From an uncultured Bacilli bacterium (GTDB lineage: Bacteria; Bacillota_I; Bacilli_A; RF39; UBA660), in assembly GCA_947626095.1 (NCBI GenBank), contig CANQQV010000005.1, forward strand, positions 24,572 to 88,571: a stretch of 64,000 nt of DNA, written 5' to 3'. The first letter of the stretch is position 1. Each line of letters opens with the position of its first letter. The notes beneath the pieces are model-generated. The model worked only from the letters and a program-made list of their open reading frames with translations, made no database searches and was not told where the DNA came from. Below, piece by piece: positions 51,495 to 61,497 of the stretch. The translations under genes and the position numbers were made by a program.

Positions 51495-52049
51495 ATGAAA
51501 TTAATTGTTGGATTAGGTAATCCTGGTAAAGAATATAAAGATACTAGACACAATGTTGGTTTTATTGTACTTGATAATTACTTAAAAACTGATGATTGGA
51601 AAGAAAAATTTAATGCTATGTATCATGAAACAAGAATTAATGGGGAGAAAGTTATTTTTGTTAAACCATTAACTTATATGAATTTATCAGGTGATGCTGT
51701 AGTACAATATGTTAATTATTTTGATATAGAACTTAATGATATACTTATTATTCATGATGACTTAGATTTAAATTTTGGGACTTATAAATTAAAAAAGAAT
51801 AGTAGTGCAGGTGGACATAATGGGATTAAATCAATTATTAATAGATTAGGTAGTGAAGATTTTGCTCGTTTAAAAATTGGTATTTCCCATGATAAAAGTA
51901 TTGATACTAAAGATTATGTATTAGGAACATTTAGTAAGTTAGAAAAAGATAAATTTGCTGAAATGCAAAAAGATTTTGATAAAATAATAGAATCATTTAT
52001 AATAGATGGAATCGAAAGGACTATGAATATTTATAATGCAAAAAAGTAG
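51495..52049 (+). CDS. pth: Peptidyl-tRNA hydrolase
   Basis: LIVGLGNPG, TRHNVGF, GGHNGIKS. Confidence 0.98.
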   Translation: MKLIVGLGNPGKEYKDTRHNVGFIVLDNYLKTDDWKEKFNAMYHETRINGEKVIFVKPLTYMNLSGDAVVQYVNYFDIELNDILIIHDDLDLNFGTYKLKKNSSAGGHNGIKSIINRLGSEDFARLKIGISHDKSIDTKDYVLGTFSKLEKDKFAEMQKDFDKIIESFIIDGIERTMNIYNAKK

Positions 52050-52057
52050 GGATCTAA

Positions 52058-55000
52058 ATGGATTTTTTAGCTGATTATTTTAAATTTGAAAATGGTTTAA
52101 CTGTTACGGGTTTAACAAAAGAGTTAAACGTTTTTTACATGTTAGAATTATTTAAAAAAGAAAAAAGAAATTTAGTTATTTTAACTAATACTTTATATGA
52201 AGCTAATATGTATTATGATTCATTAAAAACTTATACTGATGATGTTTATTTATTTCCCATGGATGACTTTTTAACTAGTGTAGCGGTAGCTATTTCACCT
52301 GATTTAAAGATAAAAAGACTTGAAACATTAGAACAGATTAGAAATGGTAAGAAAGCAATTGTAATTACTAATTTAATGGGTTTTTTAAGATTTTTACCTG
52401 ATAAAAACAATGTTAATAATCTAGAATTTAATTTGAAATTAAATAAAGAGATTAAAAGAGCTAAAATAGAAGAAATATTAGATAAATATGGCTATGTAAA
52501 AGAAAGTATTGTTACGACAACTGGTGAATATGCTGTTCGTGGTTATATTATTGATGTATTTATAATTGATGAAGAACATCCGATTAGAATTGAGTTCTTT
52601 GGTGATGATGTAGATTCAATTAGATACTTTGATGAATCAACGCAATTATCAATTAAAGAAGTTAATAGTATTAAAATTAAACCTTATACTGAAGTAGTTA
52701 GTGATAATAATAGTTCATTAGTTGATTATTTGAATGATCCTTATGTAGTAATGATAAATAGAGATCAAATTGATTTAGCTTATACTAAATTATTAAATGA
52801 TATAAGTGAATATAATGAAAATGAGAACATAGATAAAAAGCATATGTTTGAATGGGAAGAAATCAGTTTTAATCATGTTATTTATTTAAATGCTTTAAAT
52901 GATAATGACTACGGCAAAGTAGTTAGTTATAAAGCCCAAGAAATAGAAAACTTTAATAGTGATTTTGAATTACTTGGGAAATATACTAGTAAGCAAATAA
53001 ATAGTGGTAAAACAGTTATTATTTGTTTAAGTAGAGAAAATCAGTTAAAAAGTTTAGAACCTTTTTTACCTAGTTATCATGTGGTAAAAAAAGATAATAT
53101 TATTTCCCGGGAAATAAATATTTTGTATACTAAGATTAATAGTGGCTTTGTTTTTGATCAATATGTAGTGATTGGTGAGAATGATATTGAAAAGGTTAAA
53201 AACTCAGTAATTAATTATAAAAATTCTTATCATATTGGTAAAAAGATAAAAGATTTTGGTCAACTTAGTGTTGGTGATTATGTAGTTCATAGTATGCATG
53301 GTATTGGAATATATAATGGAGTTATTACTTTAACGAAGAATGGATTAAAGAAAGACTATATTCAAATTAATTATCAAGGTAATGATAAGATATATATTCC
53401 GGTAGAAAAGATTAGTACAATTTTTAAATATGCTGGTAAAGAAGGTAGTATGCCGAAATTAGACCGATTAAATAGTACTAGTTGGGTTAAAAAGAAAAGA
53501 GAATTACGTAATAAGATTAAAGATATTAGTGGTGAACTAATTAAATTATATGCAGCACGTAGTAGTGTTAAGGGAACACCTTTTAATTCTTATGCGGAAG
53601 AAGATGTCTTTGGTTCTGAATTTATCTATGATGAGACTGCTGATCAATTAAAAGCCATTAAAGATATAGATGAAGATTTATCTAGTGAAGTTCCAATGGA
53701 TAGATTATTATGTGGTGATGTTGGGTTTGGTAAAACGGAAGTAGCGTTTAGAGCAATGTTTAAAACAATTTTAAATAATAAACAAGTCTTCTATTTATGT
53801 CCAACAACTATACTTTCTAAACAACAATATGAAAATGCAATTGAAAGATTTAAAAATTATCCTATCGAAATTGCTTTACTTAATAGATTTACTAGTACTA
53901 AGGAAACGAAAAGAATATTAGAAGGTCTAGAAAAGGGTACGATAGATTTAGTATTTGGAACACATCGTTTATTATCTGATGATGTTAAATTTGCTAAGTT
54001 AGGTTTATTAATAGTTGATGAAGAGCAAAGATTTGGTGTTCAACATAAAGAAAAGATTAAAGAATATAAAAATGATGTTAATGTTTTAACTTTATCAGCA
54101 ACACCTATACCTCGTACTTTAAAGATGGCATTAAGTGGTTTAAGGGATTTATCAATTATTGATACACCACCAACTAATAGATATCCAGTACAAACTTATG
54201 TTATTCAAGAAAATGATTTGATTATAAAAGATGCTATTTATAAAGAATTATCAAGAAATGGTCAGATATTTATTTTATATAATAAAGTTGCTTCGATTGA
54301 ATCTAAGATGGAACAATTGCATAAGTTAGTTCCTGAAGCACGAATTACTATTGCTCATGGTCAAATGAGTAAAAGAGAACTTGAAGATGTAATGGAATCA
54401 TTTGTTAACTATGAGTATGATATATTACTTTGTACAACAATAATTGAAACAGGTATTGATATAAGTAATGCTAATACTTTAATTATATATGATGCTGATA
54501 ACTTTGGTTTGAGTCAGTTATATCAAATTAGAGGACGTGTTGGTCGAAGTAATCGTATTGCTTATGCTTATTTAATGTATGATAAACAGAAGATGCTTAA
54601 TGAAGTAGCAGTTAAGAGATTACAGGCGATTAAAGAATTTACAGAATTAGGTAGTGGTTATCGAATTGCGATGCGTGATTTATCAATTAGAGGTGCTGGA
54701 GACTTGTTGGGTTCTGAACAAGCCGGTTTTGTTGATACAGTAGGTATTGAACTTTATATGCAAATGATTGAGGAAGAAATGCGTCGTATGAAAGGTGAAG
54801 AAGTTCCAGAGGAAGATGAAGATACAGCTAATTCTAATAGATCTTTAGTTGAAGTTGAAACGCATATTTCTGATTCTTATGTTTCTGATGAAGATATTAA
54901 GATTGAAATCCATCAAAAGATTAATGAAATAGATGGTTATAAAAAATTATTAGAAATAAAAAGAGAATTAGAAGATCGTTTTGGTAAGATTAGTAAACAA

Positions 55001-55291
55001 ATAGAAATATATATGTATGAAGAATGGTTTGAAAAACAAGCGCAGACACTTGGTATTAATACAGTAAGACAAAGTGATAGAGAAATAGAAATTGAATTAC
55101 CGGTAGAAATATCTAATAAAATAGAGGGTGATAAACTATTTGTTAAAGCTTATAGTATTAATCCTAGATTTAGATTAAGATATCATCATAACCAAGTTAT
55201 AATTGCGTTAACTTTATTAAATCAAAAAGATCATTTCTTATATTACATTGTTCCATTAATGGAAGAAGTAATTAGCGAAGTAAATAAATAA
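52058..55291 (+). CDS. mfd: Transcription-repair coupling factor
   Basis: CGDVGFGKTEVA, DEEQRFGV, SATPIPRTL, QIRGRVGR. Confidence 0.98.
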   Translation: MDFLADYFKFENGLTVTGLTKELNVFYMLELFKKEKRNLVILTNTLYEANMYYDSLKTYTDDVYLFPMDDFLTSVAVAISPDLKIKRLETLEQIRNGKKAIVITNLMGFLRFLPDKNNVNNLEFNLKLNKEIKRAKIEEILDKYGYVKESIVTTTGEYAVRGYIIDVFIIDEEHPIRIEFFGDDVDSIRYFDESTQLSIKEVNSIKIKPYTEVVSDNNSSLVDYLNDPYVVMINRDQIDLAYTKLLNDISEYNENENIDKKHMFEWEEISFNHVIYLNALNDNDYGKVVSYKAQEIENFNSDFELLGKYTSKQINSGKTVIICLSRENQLKSLEPFLPSYHVVKKDNIISREINILYTKINSGFVFDQYVVIGENDIEKVKNSVINYKNSYHIGKKIKDFGQLSVGDYVVHSMHGIGIYNGVITLTKNGLKKDYIQINYQGNDKIYIPVEKISTIFKYAGKEGSMPKLDRLNSTSWVKKKRELRNKIKDISGELIKLYAARSSVKGTPFNSYAEEDVFGSEFIYDETADQLKAIKDIDEDLSSEVPMDRLLCGDVGFGKTEVAFRAMFKTILNNKQVFYLCPTTILSKQQYENAIERFKNYPIEIALLNRFTSTKETKRILEGLEKGTIDLVFGTHRLLSDDVKFAKLGLLIVDEEQRFGVQHKEKIKEYKNDVNVLTLSATPIPRTLKMALSGLRDLSIIDTPPTNRYPVQTYVIQENDLIIKDAIYKELSRNGQIFILYNKVASIESKMEQLHKLVPEARITIAHGQMSKRELEDVMESFVNYEYDILLCTTIIETGIDISNANTLIIYDADNFGLSQLYQIRGRVGRSNRIAYAYLMYDKQKMLNEVAVKRLQAIKEFTELGSGYRIAMRDLSIRGAGDLLGSEQAGFVDTVGIELYMQMIEEEMRRMKGEEVPEEDEDTANSNRSLVEVETHISDSYVSDEDIKIEIHQKINEIDGYKKLLEIKRELEDRFGKISKQIEIYMYEEWFEKQAQTLGINTVRQSDREIEIELPVEISNKIEGDKLFVKAYSINPRFRLRYHHNQVIIALTLLNQKDHFLYYIVPLMEEVISEVNK
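53102..53115. promoter_or_regulatory. Noc-binding site within mfd
   Basis: Perfect ATTTCCCGGGAAAT, read as ATT TCC CGG GAA (GC-rich codons unusual here). Confidence 0.8.
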
Positions 55292-55411
55292 AGAGTATAG
55301 ATTTCATTGTCTATATTCTTTTCTGTTTCTATATTTGACAATTCATCTTTTGTTGATATAATACAGGTAAGAAAGAAGTTTATATGTTTAGTGTAGGAAG
55401 AGGTTTGATAT

Positions 55412-56263
55412 ATGGCTTTAATTGAATGCCCTGAATGTGGCAAAAAAATTAGTGATTCAAGTGATAAGTGTATTAATTGCGGTTATGTTCTAAATAAGAA
55501 AAGTAAATGTCCAGAATGTGGAAAGAGTGTAAGTCCGACAGATAAAGTTTGCAAAAATTGTGGTTATAAACTTAGTGAAAAAAAATCACAAAATAATATT
55601 TTTGAAAACAGATTTTTAGTAATTGGAATTTGCGTATTATTAATTTTAGTGATTGCAATACCAGTAATTATTAATAATGCAAATATGGTTGAAGTTCCTG
55701 ATGTTTTAAATGTTGATGTTGATACTGCTAAAACAATTTTAGGTTCTAATGGTATTATTGCTGATGTCTCTTATTCATATTCTGATAGTTATGAAGAAGG
55801 TATGGTTTATGATATGAGTCCATATGCGGGGACTAAGATTAATAAAAATAGTCGAGTTACAATTTATATTTCAAAAGGACCTAGTATTATTAATTCAAAG
55901 GATTCAGTTATTGAATGGCATCATATTGGAAGTAAAGAAGATAAATGGGAATTTGCTAATCCTTACATAGAAGATGGTTATTTAATGATTGATTGTTCTC
56001 CTGTTTTTGGTACTAGTTTTAAATGGAAAGATAATGGATTTGGTCGTGCTTCTATTACTGATACCTTTGATAAGACAGTTCCTATTTCTTTTACTTTCTC
56101 TGATCAAAATGTTAAGGCAGGAGTTAAACAAAGTGTTGTAATTAAAGTTCCTACACAAGATTTAGATGTGTCTAAACCAACAACATTATATTTAAGTTTA
56201 TCTGCTGAAAATAGTAAAGGTGATCCTTTAAATATTAATATTAATTTTTCTATATCATGGTAA
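55412..56263 (+). CDS. Double zinc-ribbon/TM/PASTA protein
   Basis: Two CPECG..CxNCG units, TM, VEVPDVLN...PYAGTKINKNSRVTIYISKG. Confidence 0.85.
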   Translation: MALIECPECGKKISDSSDKCINCGYVLNKKSKCPECGKSVSPTDKVCKNCGYKLSEKKSQNNIFENRFLVIGICVLLILVIAIPVIINNANMVEVPDVLNVDVDTAKTILGSNGIIADVSYSYSDSYEEGMVYDMSPYAGTKINKNSRVTIYISKGPSIINSKDSVIEWHHIGSKEDKWEFANPYIEDGYLMIDCSPVFGTSFKWKDNGFGRASITDTFDKTVPISFTFSDQNVKAGVKQSVVIKVPTQDLDVSKPTTLYLSLSAENSKGDPLNININFSISW

Positions 56264-56275
56264 TTTAAAAAACCT

Positions 56276-56551
56276 CTATTTAATTAGTGGTTTTTCTTTT
56301 GGTTTATTATCAATTTCAACATCATCAAATAATTGTCTTATATCTATTTCTAAAGCATCGGCAAATTTGCCTACTGTTTCAAGTAAAGGAGTTTTATCGA
56401 TACTTAAACATTCTAGATCTCTTACATATCCGTGGGTTAAACCTGTTAAGTCAGCAAGCTCTTGAAGTGTATACTTTCTCATTTTGCGATATTTACGAAT
56501 ATTTTTTCTAACTATTAATGATAATTTTTCTTTAGAATATCGGCTAGTCAA
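56276..56551 (-). CDS. XRE-family HTH regulator
   Basis: IRKYRKMRKYTLQELADLTGLTHGYVRDLE. Confidence 0.85.
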   Translation of the reverse strand: MTSRYSKEKLSLIVRKNIRKYRKMRKYTLQELADLTGLTHGYVRDLECLSIDKTPLLETVGKFADALEIDIRQLFDDVEIDNKPKEKPLIK

Positions 56552-56641
56552 AGTATCTCACTTCCTTTTTCTTAGCTATTATTTCATAAAGTTATTAAAA
56601 AATATGTCGTCTGTGTGAAGTTTTTGTGATATACTTTTGCT

Positions 56642-57088
56642 ATGAAAGGAGTTTGTCTTTATATGGAAGAGGTTATTAAAGAAGGAAAAATTTCGCCAGT
56701 ATGTATTTGTGTTAGATTGATTGTTGATTTATTTGCTATGTGTATTATTATTGGTTTTGTATGGATAGTTAAGGATGTCATTACTTTTTGCACAACTAAA
56801 TTAGTTATTACTAATAAAAAACTTACTGGTAAAACTGGGTTGGTAAATACTAATCAACTTGATAGTCCTTTAAATAAAGTTAATGGTGTTCAAGTTGAAA
56901 AAGGTTTATTTGGTCAAATGTTTAATTATGGAACTATTAAAATAACTACTGCTTCAACTGTATTTGTTTATAAATATATTGCTAAACCTGATGAATTTAG
57001 AACAATTTTAAATAATCAAATAGAAGCATACGATGATGAACGTATAAAAAAACAAGCTAAAGAGTTAGCTTCAGCGATGAAACAATAA
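56642..57088 (+). CDS. Bacterial PH (bPH_2) domain membrane protein
   Basis: ITNKKL..KTG, V.KGLFGQMFNYGTIKITTA. Confidence 0.8.
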   Translation: MKGVCLYMEEVIKEGKISPVCICVRLIVDLFAMCIIIGFVWIVKDVITFCTTKLVITNKKLTGKTGLVNTNQLDSPLNKVNGVQVEKGLFGQMFNYGTIKITTASTVFVYKYIAKPDEFRTILNNQIEAYDDERIKKQAKELASAMKQ

Positions 57089-57118
57089 TTATAAAAATAT
57101 AATGGAGGTTTAAATTTT

Positions 57119-57637
57119 ATGAAAAAATATATATTAGGAGTATTTATTCTTGTATTATCTATTTTAGTTTTAGTTGGTTGTGAATCAGATGCAACTACGA
57201 GTGGAGAAAGTGATGGAACTGAATCTAAAACTAAAGAAATAGCTACTTATAAAATTAATGATGATATTTATGTTACTAACGATTCTGGTAAATACAGACT
57301 TAAAATTACTGGTGTAAAAGAAACTAAAGAAAGAAATGAATATTCTGATAAAGAAGCAAAAAAGGTTGTTGTCGTTTCATATGAATATGAAAATATTTCT
57401 TCTGATTCTGATTTGTATATTAGTAGTATGGATTTTAAAGCATATGATAAAGAAAATAATAGTCTAGAAACATATGAAGTAATTGATTATAAATATCCTA
57501 CTGAAATATCTCAAGGACGTAAAGCTAGTGCAGAAATGGTATTTGCTTTAAATAGTGATTCTAATTATATGGAACTTGAATATTATGATAATACGTGGAA
57601 TTCATCTGCAGATTGTAAGATAGTTCTTGAATGGTAA
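57119..57637 (+). CDS. Lipoprotein (DUF4352/DUF5067-like)
   Basis: LVGC lipobox, VVVSYEYEN, FKAYD. Confidence 0.7.
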   Translation: MKKYILGVFILVLSILVLVGCESDATTSGESDGTESKTKEIATYKINDDIYVTNDSGKYRLKITGVKETKERNEYSDKEAKKVVVVSYEYENISSDSDLYISSMDFKAYDKENNSLETYEVIDYKYPTEISQGRKASAEMVFALNSDSNYMELEYYDNTWNSSADCKIVLEW

Positions 57638-57696
57638 TTGTTAATTACCATTTTTTAATACATAAAATTTCTTTATTAGCTAAAACTATATAGTGA

Positions 57697-58212
57697 ATGG
57701 AGAATTTTATGAAAAATGTTAACTTTGTTAAAAATATAGATAATTTAGGTAGAATAGTTATTCCAATGGATATAAGAAGAAAATTACAGATTAATACTGG
57801 GGATGTTTTAAGTATTACATGTAATGATAAAGATATAACTTTAGCTAAGTATAGTAATTTAGATAATAATTATAAAGTTATAGAAATTATAAAGAGTTTT
57901 ATAGAATTATTTAATTTTAAAGTAATATTAACTAATAAAGAGTGTGTTATATATTCTAATTTAGTTAATAATGGGACTAAGTTAGATAAGAATACAGGAT
58001 TATTAGTTAAAAATGGGACTAATATGAAGTATCAGAGTAATGAATTGGTATTTGGTGAGAATAAAGTAAAAGGGATATATAATATGTTACCTATTGTTAC
58101 TAGTGAAGGAATTGAGGGAAGTATTATTGTTTTTGGGGAGATTAAAGATAGAGCATATGAAATGTGTACATTTTTAAATAAAATTATAATGTTAGAACTT
58201 AATATTTCTTGA
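57697..58212 (+). CDS. spoVT: SpoVT-like regulator (AbrB N-domain plus GAF-like C-domain)
   Basis: IDNLGRIVIPMDIRRKLQI, PIVTSEGIEGSIIV; mfd-spoVT synteny. Confidence 0.8.
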   Translation: MENFMKNVNFVKNIDNLGRIVIPMDIRRKLQINTGDVLSITCNDKDITLAKYSNLDNNYKVIEIIKSFIELFNFKVILTNKECVIYSNLVNNGTKLDKNTGLLVKNGTNMKYQSNELVFGENKVKGIYNMLPIVTSEGIEGSIIVFGEIKDRAYEMCTFLNKIIMLELNIS

Positions 58213-58249
58213 TAAAGGTATTATTTTGTGTTAAATTATGTTTAGATTT

Positions 58250-58447
58250 AGCAATGAAGGAAAGAGTACCTTTAAATTAGGAATAAAGAGAGGTTCTGGT
58301 TGGTGAAAAGAATCTTCTGAAATATTGGGAACATGGCTCTGGAGCTGAAACGTTAATTTCGCGTTAAGAAATAAAGTGTATGATAATTCATAAACTAAGG
58401 TGGTACCGCGGGTTTTACTCGTCCTTAGATTATGAATTTTTTTTATT
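58250..58447 (+). promoter_or_regulatory. T-box riboswitch, Met specifier
   Basis: AGAGAG and GGTGAAA stem I motifs, specifier ATG at 58333, AAGGTGGTACCGCG at 58397, terminator with T-run. Confidence 0.93.
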
Positions 58448-58453
58448 TAGTAG

Positions 58454-58927
58454 GTGATTTTTATGCGGATGTTTAAGAAGATAGCATATGAACAATTTAT
58501 AAAAGATTTTAGTGATGATAAAGAATTATATGATAATTATTTATTACCTAGAAGATCGACTATACATGCTGCGGCTTATGACTTCTTTGCTTTAAATGAT
58601 TATACTTTAAAACCTGGGGAAATAAAAAAGATTCCGACTGGAGTTAAAGTTATAATGGAACCCGATGATGTATTATTACTTCTTGATCGTAGTAGTATGG
58701 GATTTAAATATAATGTTAGATTTTGTAATCAAGTAGGGGTTATTGATGCTGATTACTATGATAATGAAGATAATAATGGTCATATGTGGATATGTATTCA
58801 AAATGAAGGTAATAAAGATTATATTATTAAAAAAGGGGATAAGATGTGTCAGGGAATGTTTGTTAAATACTTAAAAACAGATGATGACGATGATACACAG
58901 TTTATTAAAAGAAAATCAGAATATTAG
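58454..58927 (+). CDS. dut: Trimeric dUTPase lacking motif V
   Basis: AAYDF, IPTG, RSS, GVIDADY, QG; ends KRKSEY. Confidence 0.88.
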   Translation: MIFMRMFKKIAYEQFIKDFSDDKELYDNYLLPRRSTIHAAAYDFFALNDYTLKPGEIKKIPTGVKVIMEPDDVLLLLDRSSMGFKYNVRFCNQVGVIDADYYDNEDNNGHMWICIQNEGNKDYIIKKGDKMCQGMFVKYLKTDDDDDTQFIKRKSEY

Positions 58928-58938
58928 GAGGAAAGAAA

Positions 58939-60477
58939 ATGGATAAAAATAAAAAATATTATATTAGTACAGCTATTGCTTATACTTCTGGTAAACCACA
59001 TATTGGTAATACGTATGAAATAGTATTAGCTGATGCTATTGCAAGATATAAAAGATTACAAGGATATGATGTTTATCTACAAACAGGTACAGATGAACAT
59101 GGAGAAAAAATTGAGTTAAAAGCTAAAGAAGCAGGAGTTACTCCTCAACAGTATGTTGATGAAGTAGCAGCTCAAATTAAAGATATTTGGGATATTATGA
59201 ATACTAGTTATGATAGGTTTGTTAGAACGACAGATCCTCATCATGAAAAGGTAGTACAACATATCTTTAAATATATGTATGATAAAGGGGATATATATAA
59301 AGGGGAATACGAAGGACTTTATTGTGTTCCTTGTGAATCATTTTGGACTGAAAGTCAATTAGTTGATGGTAAATGTCCAGATTGTGGTAGAGAAGTACAA
59401 CCACGTAAGGAAGAAGCTTATTTCTTTAAATTATCTAAATATCAATTAGCTTTAGAAGATTATTTAAATGAACATCCTGAATTTATACAACCAATTGCCC
59501 GTCGTAATGAAATGATAAATAACTTTATTAAACCTGGATTACAAGATTTATGTGTATCTAGAACTAGTTTTAAATGGGGGATTCCTGTAGATTTTGACCC
59601 TAAACATGTTGTTTATGTATGGTTAGATGCTTTAACTAATTATATTACAAATATTGGGTTTGATTTTGATGAATCTACTAAAGAATTTGAATATAAATGG
59701 CCAGCTGATCTACATTTAATTGGTAAAGATATTATTAGATTTCATACTATTTATTGGCCTTGCTTCTTGATGAGTTTAGATTTACCATTACCAAAACAGG
59801 TATTTGGTCATCCTTGGTTAATTATGAATGATGGTAAAATGAGTAAATCAAAGGGAAATATCATATATGCTGATGATTTAGTTAATGAATTTGGCGTAGA
59901 TGCCGTTAGATATTATTTCTTACATGAAATACCATTTGCAGCGGATGGAGTATTTACTAGAGAATTATTAATTGAAAGAATTAATGGTGATTTAGTTAAC
60001 ATTTTAGGTAATTTAGTAAATCGTACGGTAAGTATGAATCATAAGTATTTTAGTGGAGTTATTCAAAAACATGATGTTAAAGAAAATATTGATATAGATT
60101 TAATTGCAGCGGTTGAAGGCTTAGGTAATAGAGTTACAGCTAAAATGAATGAATTAAAAGTAGGAGAGGCTTTACAAGAAATATTCGATGTATTACGTAG
60201 ATGTAATAAATATATTGATGATACAATGCCTTGGTCTTTAGCTAAAGAAGAAAATAAGAAAGAAAGATTAGGAACAGTATTATATAACTTATTAGAAAGT
60301 ATTAGAGTATGTGCTGTTTATTTAAATCCTTTCTTAACTGAGACTTCAGATAAGATTTTTGAACAATTAAATACAGATGTTAAAGATATGGAATCGACTA
60401 AAGAATTCGGTGGTTTAGAGGTTGGTAAGACCTTAGCTGAGCCAGTTCATTTATTTGATCGTATTGAAGTTAAATAA
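58939..60477 (+). CDS. metG: Methionine--tRNA ligase (short form)
   Basis: HIGN, GTDEHG, YVWLDAL, KMSKS; no C-terminal tRNA-binding domain. Confidence 0.98.
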   Translation: MDKNKKYYISTAIAYTSGKPHIGNTYEIVLADAIARYKRLQGYDVYLQTGTDEHGEKIELKAKEAGVTPQQYVDEVAAQIKDIWDIMNTSYDRFVRTTDPHHEKVVQHIFKYMYDKGDIYKGEYEGLYCVPCESFWTESQLVDGKCPDCGREVQPRKEEAYFFKLSKYQLALEDYLNEHPEFIQPIARRNEMINNFIKPGLQDLCVSRTSFKWGIPVDFDPKHVVYVWLDALTNYITNIGFDFDESTKEFEYKWPADLHLIGKDIIRFHTIYWPCFLMSLDLPLPKQVFGHPWLIMNDGKMSKSKGNIIYADDLVNEFGVDAVRYYFLHEIPFAADGVFTRELLIERINGDLVNILGNLVNRTVSMNHKYFSGVIQKHDVKENIDIDLIAAVEGLGNRVTAKMNELKVGEALQEIFDVLRRCNKYIDDTMPWSLAKEENKKERLGTVLYNLLESIRVCAVYLNPFLTETSDKIFEQLNTDVKDMESTKEFGGLEVGKTLAEPVHLFDRIEVK

Positions 60478-60501
60478 GGTGGCAGTAGCTGCCTTATTTT
60501 T

Positions 60502-60670
60502 ATTTCCCGGGAAATATTGGGGCCTTATTTTTATTTCCTGGGTTATAAAAAGCTGGGAAATGGCCTAAATATGGGGTATTTCCTGGGAAATTAGTATTTC
60601 CTGGGTTATAAATTGTTATTACTTGGAATATAAATTAATTTCCCGGGTTATAAAATTGTTGGTGGGAAAT
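60502..60670. repeat. Cluster of Noc-binding sites
   Basis: ATTTCCYGGG(AAAT/TTAT) at 60502, 60533, 60578, 60596, 60638 plus half sites. Confidence 0.85.
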
Positions 60671-60704
60671 ACAAGGTTTGGTATAATTTTAATGAGGTGA
60701 TTGG

Positions 60705-61454
60705 ATGTTTACTGATACACATTGTCACGTATATAGTGAGTATTATGAAGATATTGATCAATTAGTTAAAGAGATAAAAGCTAATAAAATTAACAAAATT
60801 ATCAATAATGGTTGTGATGATAAATCAAATAAAGAAGTATTAAATTTAATAAAAAAGTATGATTTTATGTATGGAGCGATTGGTATTCATCCGGAAAGTG
60901 CTGATACTTATCAAAAAGAAGAGTTAGATTACTTAGAAAAGCATTTAAATGATGATAAAGTTGTCGCAATAGGTGAAATTGGCTTAGATTATCATTATGG
61001 TAAAGAAAATAGGGATAAACAAATAGAATTATTTGAATATCAACTTAAATTAGCTGAAAAATATAATAAACCAGTTATTATTCATAGTCGTGATGCAACT
61101 TTAGATACGATTGAAATATTAAAGAAGTATCATATAAAGGGTGTTATGCATAGTTTTAGTGGAAGTTATGAAACGGCTTGTATTTATCTTAAAATGGGCT
61201 TATTACTTGGTATAAATGGAGTGATTACGTTTAAAAACTGTAATTTAAAGGATGTAGTTAGTCGCTTATCAATAAAAGATATTGTTTTAGAGACTGATTC
61301 ACCATATTTAACACCTGTTCCATATCGTGGTAAACAAAATAATCCTGGGCATGTCTTAGATATAGCCAAATACATTGCTGAACTTAAAAATATTAGTTTA
61401 GATGAGTTAGCAACGGAAATTAATGGTAATGTAAGTAGGTGTTTTGACATTTAA
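60705..61454 (+). CDS. tatD: TatD-family nuclease
   Basis: DTHCH, GIHP, GEIGLDY, HSRDA, ETDSPYL. Confidence 0.96.
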   Translation: MFTDTHCHVYSEYYEDIDQLVKEIKANKINKIINNGCDDKSNKEVLNLIKKYDFMYGAIGIHPESADTYQKEELDYLEKHLNDDKVVAIGEIGLDYHYGKENRDKQIELFEYQLKLAEKYNKPVIIHSRDATLDTIEILKKYHIKGVMHSFSGSYETACIYLKMGLLLGINGVITFKNCNLKDVVSRLSIKDIVLETDSPYLTPVPYRGKQNNPGHVLDIAKYIAELKNISLDELATEINGNVSRCFDI

Positions 61455-61497
61455 GATAAATGATGCTAAGATAAACGTTATCTTTTGAGGTGAAATT

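Noticed and set aside
58900-58945. dut-metG frameshift fusion or hidden motif V (RILGG in metG frame)
   Set aside because: The GG comes from the metG RBS (AGGAGG); no slippery heptamer and no FGSTG
60502-60670. CRISPR or REP-type repeat
   Set aside because: 14-bp units match the NBS consensus and spacing is irregular and short
1236-61450. Short antisense ORFs in the track (e.g. 1236, 3091, 5429, 19747, 23315, 28329, 32185, 35458, 35931, 41644, 44045, 47980, 56287, 61184)
   Set aside because: Shadow frames opposite well-supported genes, with no RBS or motifs
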